Positions 7,983-16,790 of a DNA stretch of 18,435 nt are shown here, piece by piece. Where the stretch lies: positions 1 to 18,435 of the forward strand of contig JAKMXF010000120.1 in assembly GCA_024704765.1 (NCBI GenBank). The letters run 5' to 3'. A program made the translations under genes and the position numbers. Positions within the stretch are counted from its first letter, which is position 1, and the number at the start of each line of letters is the position of its first letter. The DNA comes from Oopsacas minuta. Lineage: Eukaryota; Animalia; Porifera. The notes under the pieces are model-generated. The model worked only from the letters and a program-made list of their open reading frames with translations, ran no database searches and was not told the DNA's origin.

Positions 7983-8210
7983 AAGTGGGTATCGCTTATA
8001 AGAACACCGTTATAAGAACCATCCTCTGGAAAACGGTTCTCATATACTCTTGTATACTTTACACGGGTTATTATAAGAACATATTTTTGACTCCCAAGGG
8101 TGTAGAGACATCGGAATCGGGCGATGAGTCAGCATAGCGGCCCACTTTATATTACTATGATAAGATGGGTTTCCTACTACCCTGGGGGTTCTTATAAGCG
8201 ATAATCACTG
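7983..8210. mobile_element. TA-flanked MITE, family A (TTATAAGAAC motif)
   Basis: TAAAGTGGGTATCGCTTATAAGAACACC versus the reverse complement of the right end TACAGTGATTATCGCTTATAAGAACCCC (24/28 including TA). Confidence 0.85.
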
Positions 8211-8341
8211 TACAATCTTAAAATGATCTTATAACTATCGCGGACAAGTAGGAGGGATGTCCTTGGGGGCTAATATTATAGTCAATATATTCCGAATCTA
8301 TCTGTGTTCCTTCGATTCATTTAGCCTAATTGAAAATATTA

Positions 8342-8435
8342 CAGTGAAACCTCCACAAATAGGGAAATGAGGTAGCATTTTTCGGCGTCTCTGATACCGT
8401 ATGTAGAGACGCCGAAAAATCTACCTCTGCCACTG
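8342..8435. mobile_element. 94-bp family-B derivative with an internal foldback
   Basis: TA-CAGTG...CACTG-TA. Left end matches 4145 at 19/20. Internal inverted repeat 8369-8392 / 8405-8427. Confidence 0.75.
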
Positions 8436-9192
8436 TATGTAGTAATTAATGACATTTTGCATACGTGCGATGAAGTTCAACTGTGGAACTATTTTTAAAC
8501 CAAACTCAATATAATTATTACACTAAAATGTCTTATCCATTACTCATCATATATACTACGAATACAATGCATACTACAGGTCCTATTCTATTTCATGGAA
8601 ACAATATAGATACCAACCTTAAGATCCTTAGGATATATGATTATATCGTAAATATCAAGTTTTATAAGATTATGAATTACATAGACATACATTTTAAATA
8701 CTCGGAAAATAGCACCATAATCTCTAAATATTATCAAGTAATACTCAGTTAGGTAATTAATGAGATTTATGTCGTCAATCCATAAAGCCTTACTGATTAG
8801 TAAAGATGATTGTAATATTAACCAGTGAATAGAAAGAAACTGTATACATTGTAATTGTAATTGTATTAGTTTATGTATGTGTTCATGACCTTAGCTCTTT
8901 TCCAAATAGCTGAGGGTCTCAATAACAAAACCAACTTGCAATCTGAATACTATTATAATGGGATACATCATAAGTACGCATGCCATACGTGATATGTGGT
9001 TGCCAGAGGGGACAATATTCGGTTACACGCTAGGGTAATGAATTATTCAATTAATTTCTGAAATTCAGATGTCGATATTTCAACTAAGTTTCATCCTATC
9101 TTTTTCCACTGACATTTTCATAAAAACTGCTGTATTATATTGATTTTAAAGCCATATATGGAAATACAATAAACTTTATGTATTGTCAACAG

Positions 9193-9590
9193 GTAGTAAG
9201 ACAAGTTGGCCAGCACCCACTCCCAACCCTCCTCCACCTGGAGCTACACAAGACAACAATACACATCAGTCACCACACTCAGATCAATATTACCAACCTC
9301 AACAACAAGCTAACTATCCTGCATATCCTCCTGGCACATACCAGCAACAAACAGCTCCACAGAAAACACAAGGTAACCCACTACCTGGAAATCCACAGCA
9401 ATCAGGCTATCCTACTGGTTATTATGCAAACAATCAACAACAACAACAACAATATCCAGCTAGTACAGCCTCACATAATGATCAGATTACAGTAACACTA
9501 GCTACTGCTGCTCCCCCTCTATCACAAACTCAAGGACAGCCCCCAAGGAGCGAGGCTCCGGTAGATAAGGGGTATAACTACGGAGCATGG
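9193..9590 (+). CDS. SF1: Internal Pro/Gln/Tyr-rich coding exon (398 nt), most likely a distal SF1 exon
   Basis: attgtcaacAG acceptor and TGG|GTAAGT donor at 9591. The only frame open from acceptor to donor starts in phase 1, matching the phase-1 SF1 donor at 4621 (A+GT=Ser). No ATG of its own in frame. Composition resembles an SF1 tail. That it is an exon is well supported; the SF1 assignment is inferred. Confidence 0.7.
9435..9452 (+). repeat. (CAA)6 microsatellite encoding polyQ
   Basis: caacaacaacaacaacaa within the 9193-9590 exon (QQQQQQ). Confidence 0.85.
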
Positions 9591-10064
9591 GTAAGTAATT
9601 GTGATAACATTATTATAAGAACCTGTTAATAAATTCGATTTTGATACAAAATATAATTTTGAGAACATGTGGACCCCAGATTGGAGACCGTTAGTCAAAC
9701 ACTAGCCATGGGCTCTTTAGGTTCTATGAGCTCTATGAACCCAAGCTGACTCAAAGTATTAACACTTCCATATATGGATATATAAACATAATATACAAAC
9801 CACAACAATATATTCTGGAAAACCAATATCATAATACGTAAATCGAGTTTAATGTAATTTAATGTCCTCAAATACTATAATTCTAGTAATTATATTAATT
9901 AATACGTCATATCAATATGCCTATTGGATTAAATACACTATTTTATCCACAAAAATAGATACAAAAAATCCTGGAAAAAACTTTTGTACTATTCTGTCCC
10001 AATTTGCTTAACTCTATTACTGCCTCAATGAAATTTAATAAGAATTTATTATTTTCATTTTCAG

Positions 10065-10070
10065 CAATAG
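10065..10070 (+). CDS. SF1: Probable terminal coding exon (CAA TAG) ending SF1 as ...GYNYGAWQ*
   Basis: Strong acceptor ttattattttcattttcAG, in phase 0 with the donor at 9591. Total modelled CDS is 1781 nt = 2 + 593 codons. Confidence 0.45.
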   Translation, partial: Q

Positions 10071-10478
10071 ACTAGACATAAGAAAAATACGTATCTGTGG
10101 TTGTAATTCATTCTTATAATTGTTTCAATTTCATCTGGCCATATTATGATCTGCGTATAGATATCATATAATAGTAAATTAGCGGGCAGACAGGCTTTCA
10201 TTTTTGCCATTTACCATATAATCGTTGCTATGTCTAAGAGAATTGTATGCTGCTTGTTGAACCAAATATTAATGATGTGAAATATATGTAATTGAATAAT
10301 TAACATAATTATCTAAGCTACAGTTGTATTTAGTTATAGATTTGGAGAGTTGAAAGGTGAATGTATTCGCCATAATGTCACCCACCTGATTTCGTAGTAT
10401 AAATGACTACAATACATTAATATTCATAGAAAACTAGTCGACTAATCTGATAATGAGTACCAATTTATCTAAACAGGT

Positions 10479-10527
10479 CATAGGCGGTCCCAGGATTTGG
10501 CAAATGCCCCGTTTTCTCCTGCCACTG
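10479..10527. mobile_element. Small hAT-type MITE remnant, same family as 11476
   Basis: GGCGGTCCCAGGATTT shared with 11476. Ends GCCACTG. Flanks AAACAGGT/AAAGGGGT (6/8). Confidence 0.5.
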
Positions 10528-11045
10528 AAAGGGGTATATATACACTCTTTAGGAAGGGGACAACACAATTAACGAATCAATAATATCGGTCTATAGACCT
10601 GGAGTGCAGCTAGAGACTTCACCACATTCAATTACCCTGACTAATGTAAATATTTTCACGCTCAAAAGGTGTGAAAATAATATAATATATAAATATGTAA
10701 TTTGGAAATCTAAGAAATAAGATTCTACATACCCAATTACCCATATGTTGAAACAAAATCTCTAGCATCAAATTGAATTGTAAATGTGTGATGGTGTAAT
10801 AATAGTGTAAATATACAATAGAGAACAGATCCTAAAATGCTCCCAAAATGAACTGTAAATACGTATATTAACCTATCGCTATATTTCGCAGAAAATCGTT
10901 AATAAGGATTAATTCTTAAAATACTGCAAATTCAATATTTAACTAATTGGTTCTAATAGCTTAACACAATAGTATTAATCATATGGCTATAGCTTTATAG
11001 TATATAATAGCTATTGCTTTGAAATATTAACGTAACATTTGTCTG

Positions 11046-11095
11046 CGGCTACAGAACTAACTTCACAGCAGGCTCACGGCTACAGAACTAACTTC
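11046..11095 (+). repeat. Exact 19-bp direct repeat
   Basis: CGGCTACAGAACTAACTTC at 11046-11064 and 11077-11095, with a 12-bp spacer. Confidence 0.9.
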
Positions 11096-11127
11096 TTCAA
11101 TTAGAACCATTTTGTTTCTTACATATA

Positions 11128-11312
11128 CAGTCGACTCCGGTCAATCGGACCACTTTTGTCCAGAGTAAAGTGGTCCGATTATCCGGAGTGTCCGATTAAC
11201 CGAAAAATGTTAAATATTCATCCTGGATTAGATTAGATTCCGTCCAGGAGAAAATGGTCCGATTAACCGAATTGTCCGATTAACCAGTGGTCCGATTAAC
11301 CGGAGTCGACTG
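11128..11312. mobile_element. TA-flanked pogo/Tc1-mariner-type MITE, 185 bp
   Basis: 27-bp TIRs CAGTCGACTCCGGT(C/T)AATCGGACCACT (26/27). TA on both sides. Five GTCCGATTA repeats. Confidence 0.92.
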
Positions 11313-11475
11313 TATAAGCTAATCAATTGATTTTTATACAGGTAATATTGTTTCAGGACAAATATTGAGAGTCATTTCCGGGGTAACACTATTAGTATAT
11401 ACTGGGCAGCTGGAACTTATTTTTAAAGATAGAGTAGTTCAATAGGCCTGTTGAGTACCTCTCATAACGTGCATA

Positions 11476-11547
11476 TAGGGGCGGTCCCAGGATTTTCAAA
11501 TCCGTGGAAAATGCTCCATTTGCCTCCCCCCTATAGAACCACCACTG
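11476..11547. mobile_element. Small hAT-type MITE (GGCGGTCCCAGGAT family)
   Basis: TAGGGGCGGTCCCAGG...AGAACCACCACTG. 8-bp flanks CGTGCATA/AGTACATA (6/8). Related ends at 10479 and about 16942. Confidence 0.55.
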
Positions 11548-12088
11548 AGTACATACCTCTGTTGCCATGGCAACATAGGTATGCCTCAATTCCCATCAGC
11601 ACCCTATGGTTTCAATGTGGTAAACTCTAAAATATATTTTTGCTATGAAATTCGTTACTTATGATGTGTTTAATTGCTTGTACACATTTACTTTCAATGT
11701 CTCTCCAATATATATCACATACTCTCCATAAGGAATACAGAAAGTATCCTTGTTGTAAAACGTATTAATGATAGCATCCAATTACTTTGGGTTCAAATAT
11801 CTTACATCTAAAGTATAATTTCATCACTAACCAGTATAATCATATCGATAAAGTATATAATATGTGACACAGATTGCCAGACATAAACATGAGCTACTTG
11901 TATATGATACTATAAAGATGAGAGTTATAAGAAGCAGAACGTCAATATAGCAGTTTATCTATATATTGAAAACCACGATTAGTATTTTCCACCAGCTTTT
12001 AAACTAAACAAAGAATGTTATTCACGTATGTATGTTAAGCTTTAAAAACTATAAAATGTTTGAAGTTTCATAAATCACAAGGTTTAAG

Positions 12089-12095
12089 TATAAAA
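12089..12095 (+). promoter_or_regulatory. Candidate TATA box of bZIP gene 1
   Basis: TATAAAA with an Inr-like TCAGATT 25 nt downstream (12114-12120), just before the ATG. AT-rich background. Confidence 0.3.
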
Positions 12096-12124
12096 ACTAA
12101 AAAGCAAGAATATTCAGATTAAAA

Positions 12125-12535
12125 ATGTCAAGATACCTAATGTTAAACAAACTACTCGGTTTGGACAGAAATGATTTGATTAGAAGACCGATAAAAGATC
12201 TGAGAAGGGAATTGAAGGCTAATTGCTATTTCTACGGGATTCATAATGTTAAGGAATTGTCTCTATTGCTTTCAAAGGAAAGAAGACGTGAAAAGAAAGT
12301 TATTTACTCATATCAAGAACGTCAAAGGATAGAAAATAAATCCAAAAATAACGAAGGAGAAATTGAAACGCTTGAAGAGCTAAAATTAACGCTAATAAAT
12401 GAGAAAATCCGACTTCAAGAAGAAATTAGTTTCTATCAAAATGAGATTAACCAAATAACCTCGGAATCTCAATTGATAATCGAAGGCTTGGAATTACTGC
12501 TACCCCATGACATCCTTGAGATATTAGATAATTAG
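12125..12535 (+). CDS. Single-exon divergent bZIP protein (Maf-like extended basic region, Fos-like zipper), 136 aa
   Basis: DLIRRPIKDLRREL resembles the Maf EHR. Basic region KERRREKKVIYSYQER. Heptad L83/L90/L97/Y104 in canonical bZIP register. Paralog at 16374. Confidence 0.75.
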   Translation: MSRYLMLNKLLGLDRNDLIRRPIKDLRRELKANCYFYGIHNVKELSLLLSKERRREKKVIYSYQERQRIENKSKNNEGEIETLEELKLTLINEKIRLQEEISFYQNEINQITSESQLIIEGLELLLPHDILEILDN

Positions 12536-13739
12536 AATCTACAAAGTAACACACTGGACTGCAAATACATAACTTTACTTTATGCTTTGACAAAAGCCGC
12601 ACACGCGAGTCTATTACTAAGGAGCTATACTGCTGCAATATTATTGCCAATAAAACACGCATTTTACCCAGCTCGATATGTTGTATTGTATTATGTTATA
12701 AATAGAGCAAAACTACAATATCGAATTATTAAATGTATACAGGGAATAATCCAGCTTTTCAAATCCAAACGGATAGAATGGGCTCCTTAAGGCAAGGGAA
12801 AGAGGAATAATAACTAAAAATTTCATCTTTTTGATTAAAATAGTACTCAAAATCGGAATTTTACGCATGAAAGAGGTCAAGAGCCAAATATCCCCAAGAA
12901 AAATAAATAATATTTTGATTGAACAAGCTAGCTAAAACCCCGACTGGACTGCATTTTACTTTTCTCGTGTCAAACCTATATGTAAGGTGTAAGAAAAATT
13001 TATATCAGCTGACATACATTAGCCTGTATAGCGTCGCATACCCATGTACAAGTTATGATTGTCTATATGATCACAAATTGTATTATTGAAAGTACACTTA
13101 ATTCGCTCTACGTAATTAGATTAATTAAAGCCAACTGTTGACGGAGTGTGTCCCTTTTCAGATACCGACCCGAACCCGAAACTGAACCTGAACCCCAGTC
13201 CTTGTAAGCTATCATTTTAGTAACAGCATATTCTTATGTGTCCACTTTATAACCTGACAATAATATTTGTACAAATATTAGTATTGTTAATATCATTACT
13301 GACCATAATTATATTTGAGTTTAGGACTTCTATGGTGTTATCGTAGGCTCTTTATAATCCTTATCAATGTAACACTACTCAAGTTGATACAAAGGTTAGA
13401 ACCGCTAGCACCCAATATTCAATTACCGAATACCGAATACAGAAGGCCGTTGATTAGGTTGGGGAAACATTTATGGCCAATAAGAAATAAGCTTCCCCAC
13501 TTTTAACGGTGATTGAATAGGGTTGGCTTAGCGAATATTCGAGAAAAGTTGAGATTTTTTAGAAAATTTTTTATTAGTATATAAGTGAGAAATTATGTCC
13601 TCTTTCATTATTTACAAAAAATGTTTCAAAAATCTCAAGGAATTCCACATATGCTACGTCATCAACACCTTGAAATTTTTTCCAAAAAACACAATTAAGC
13701 CCCCCTCCAAATTGAAAAGTTGTCTACGATCCTGGAATA

Positions 13740-13880
13740 CAGTGACCCCTAGGCGCAACTAGCCTCATGAGTCTGGATTGGGCAAAAATGACGTCATGCC
13801 CACCCACTCATAAAATCGCCAAATATTTGACCAAAAGGGTGGCCACTTGCTCACCTAGAATGGCCTAGTTGCGCCCATAC
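13740..13880. mobile_element. Probable MITE remnant
   Basis: TA-CAGTG start. Perfect inverted repeat GGCGCAACTAG (13752-13762) / CTAGTTGCGCC (13865-13875). Confidence 0.45.
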
Positions 13881-14045
13881 AGTTACCCTTCGATGATCAG
13901 AACTTATCGAGGCCCACAACCGAAAAATATTTATTCCAGCCTTCTGGATAATCTCAGGATAGGATGGTTTACTTGAGACCCCTATGACAAGGTGTTTTTA
14001 CCTAAATATGAATAGTGTTGTCACGATCATGAAAATACAAACATT

Positions 14046-14392
14046 CAGGGTGACCAGATGTCTTCGTTATAAAAAAAAGGACACTTTTCTATGATATACA
14101 AAGTATACGTAAATCAGAGAACATTGAACAATGACAATATATGCTAATTAATGAAAATTGGTATTACATCAATAGAGTAAGGGAATACAACAGAATTAGT
14201 AATATTGTTATCCAATATGTAATAAAAGTAGGTAAGAGTAATGAACCCGACTTATGAATTATAGATTCTGAAGAGAGAATCAATAAGGGTATACGATAAG
14301 TTACAATCCACTCTATGTATTTCCATGTAAATTAAAGAGTCATTAGAATCTAGAGTAAAAAAAGGGCAAAAAAAGGACGTCTGGTCACCCTG
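14046..14392. mobile_element. Non-autonomous hAT (Blackjack-like) element, 347 bp
   Basis: 17-bp TIRs CAGGGTGACCAGATGTC / GACGTCTGGTCACCCTG (16/17). Exact 8-bp TSD CAAACATT at 14038-14045 and 14393-14400. No ORF. Confidence 0.92.
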
Positions 14393-14502
14393 CAAACATT
14401 AGTTATATTAACAATGAATAATATACGAATAATTCTTTATCTTAGAATGAGTAATTACAGTATACTACTACCCTTACTATCCAAAGTTTACACAAGCTAG
14501 TA

Positions 14503-14824
14503 CAGTGGATGCCTGTTGTAAGAACATCGTCAGGAATTACATATAATGTTCTTATAACCGGCATCTGGTAAACAGAGGATATCGCTTATATGAACATAGT
14601 TGGGAATATCAAAATACGTTCTCATAACCAATGTATTCTTATAGCCTGCAAAAGTTGATCATTAATATATGAGAATTGTTTCAGAGGATTATTATAATAT
14701 CTAGTTTGTTCCAAACTGGAGTTCTTATATTCGACAAAAATTCAATAGAGAAGGATACAAAAGATTCTATAAACCGAGCTAGGGTTCTTATAGCCGGTAT
14801 GTTCTTATATTTATCTATCCATGG
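14503..14824. mobile_element. Degenerate family-A MITE
   Basis: TA-CAGTGGATGCCTGTTGTAAGAAC left end; many GTTCTTATA repeats; right end GTTCTTATATTTATCTATCCATGG-TA. Confidence 0.65.
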
Positions 14825-14844
14825 TAAGTAATTTGCAAATAAAG

Positions 14845-14906
14845 CAAGGTTGAAACCGGTTAAATCAACCGAATACCGAATATTGAACTATTCGGTTGCA
14901 GCCTTG
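14845..14906. mobile_element. 62-bp hAT-type mini-MITE
   Basis: 14-bp TIRs CAAGGTTGAAACCG / CGGTTGCAGCCTTG (12/14). Exact 8-bp TSD AAATAAAG at 14837-14844 and 14907-14914. Internal CCGAATA repeats. Confidence 0.8.
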
Positions 14907-16310
14907 AAATAAAGTCAAGTATTGATTATCAAATTGAATGAATGAAAGTAAGCGATGTCCTACAATATATAGTAATCCATGGTACTTTTTATCTAGAATT
15001 CGTATTAACCGACAGGATTAAGATTCTCATTGAAAATGTATTGAGAAATATCCTCTCTAGAACAATTAGATGAATTTATGCTCATATGACCATTCTGTAA
15101 ATTTGGATAATTAGTAATTACTGTCATTTTTGTATCTTAAAAATCGAAAATATTTCTCACTTATTCATAGCATTACGGTAATATGGAAATAAATTAATTC
15201 TAATTACAAGCAACTTCCCTTTCTTTATCGTTTAGGTCTTTTAAACACTTCAGGTGCCTCTTGTATCCTTTTAAATATATTATTGGTTATTTACCCATCA
15301 ATAGATGATTAAAATACTGATATCATCTTAGTATACATACGTATATCATCACGTAAAATCTCTGGTTACAAATCGTGTTTTCTTCTGCCCTCTGTATAAT
15401 CTAAATATTTAATTATGTGCAGACGAGTCTATTCTCTCAATTTTGGACCAAATTCTTATCTATTCAGTAATTATTATCGGTTCACTAAATTTATACAAAG
15501 GCATTTCTAATTTAATTAATATACACATTACTATGCATAAAGTATTACAGAATAGTCATATTTATCAAATAGGTTCAGATTATTTCAAGTTGAGAAGTGT
15601 ACTCATGCCCAAACAGGTATTTCCACCACATATTAGACTAAAACGGGGTGACGATAGGGCACTGAAATTTTGTGTTAGACAGGGAGAGCTAACTCTCTTA
15701 CATCTATGACAAACTAGGGAGGATAAGCGCTAACACTTCGGGTTCGATTCGCCTATAACCGTGACGATAACGTAACTTCATATTCTATACGTATTTCATG
15801 ACCAGTTAGACATCAAAATCTATTGCTCATTAATAACACAATATTATCTGAACTAATTTTTCATTTGACACGATATAAACCTAAAAATTCGTAAAGTTAG
15901 GCTGGAGCAAACATTTGCAGTCAATGCAAAGTGCAGTTATAATTCAAAATATATACGAAGATTTATAATATTTGGCTGAAACATATTAAGAAGGTAGAGT
16001 TACGGATTATTCGATGGTATTTCTGGTAAGATCTCTTTGGCCGTGTGGTTTAATATTCTAATTAATTAAAAATACCTAAAACCTATTATAATACCGAGTT
16101 TATAATAAGAACAGTCAATCAGCTTTGAGATAATTAACCCAAATATTTTTCCAAACTGAGGTGAGTGTTTCTGTTTCAGTTTAGCAATACTTACATATTC
16201 TAATAGTCTTCTCATAATACGTTTCAATATTCTTGCTAGCTAACCTGTCACGTTCTTATATGATTCAAATTAAATCTCTGAAACTAAAATGAGTTGAATA
16301 TCTTGAAAAA

Positions 16311-16318
16311 TATAAATA
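16311..16318 (+). promoter_or_regulatory. Candidate TATA box of bZIP gene 2
   Basis: TATAAATA 63 nt upstream of the ATG. AT-rich background. Confidence 0.3.
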
Positions 16319-16373
16319 GGTGGTTCTGTGAAGATTTTTGTAAAACGAACAAACTAACGAACAAACAATCAAA

Positions 16374-16790
16374 ATGGCAGTCAATACCCAAACACAAATT
16401 GAATTGATAAAGCAGCTAGCTGAGCAAGAAAGCTCAGTAAAAGAATCGAGAAAACAATTCAGAATGCTATGTAGCGAATTAGGCATAGAAGATGTAAGCA
16501 ACGCACTTAAACTCCTTTCAAAAGAAAGGAGAAGGGTAAAAAAGGCTAGATATTCCAGGGAGGAAAGAGAACGAAATAGCAATTACATGAAAACAACTGA
16601 AGTAGAGATCACTGGTCTGATAGAAAAGAAGGAAGAATTGGAAAATGAGAAAATTCAACTCCTAGATGAGATTGTAATGTATATGGGAAAAATGAGCAAA
16701 GATGATCAAATATCAGAAGAATCATTTTACTATGATGATTTTGAAGATACATATTCAGCTGATATAATGGAAATGTATAGCTCTATCTGA
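16374..16790 (+). CDS. Single-exon divergent bZIP protein, paralog of 12125-12535, 138 aa, acidic C-tail
   Basis: KERRRVKKARYSREER; L82/L89/L96/Y103. 32 of 57 residues identical to the 12125 ORF core by manual alignment. Confidence 0.75.
   Translation: MAVNTQTQIELIKQLAEQESSVKESRKQFRMLCSELGIEDVSNALKLLSKERRRVKKARYSREERERNSNYMKTTEVEITGLIEKKEELENEKIQLLDEIVMYMGKMSKDDQISEESFYYDDFEDTYSADIMEMYSSI

Noticed and set aside
8483-8752. 89-aa ORF; also 13315-13506, 15443-15709, 11392-11589 and 7107-7313
   Set aside because: Ile/Asn/Tyr/Lys-biased translations typical of AT-rich non-coding or MITE DNA, mostly with non-ATG starts.
9069-9087. ATG-containing mini-exon (MSIFQL) as an independent start for the 9193 exon
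   Set aside because: Phase-compatible, but the donor is weak (GTTTCA) and it would leave the consensus SF1 donor at 4621 without a good partner. Kept only as the alternative that would refute nesting.
11046-11312. CRISPR-like repeats
   Set aside because: Eukaryotic context, only two 19-bp units, and the other repeats are MITE subterminal motifs. No regular spacers and no cas genes.
15715-15760. tRNA-like GGTTCGATTC (B-box / T-loop)
   Set aside because: No T-stem pairing, acceptor stem or cloverleaf. It resembles the CCGAACCCGAA-type transposon subterminal repeats at about 13165-13195.
16265-16582. Minus-strand 105-aa ORF; also 12447-12662 and 12587-12790
   Set aside because: Antisense shadows or UTR ORFs of the bZIP genes with no recognisable domain.
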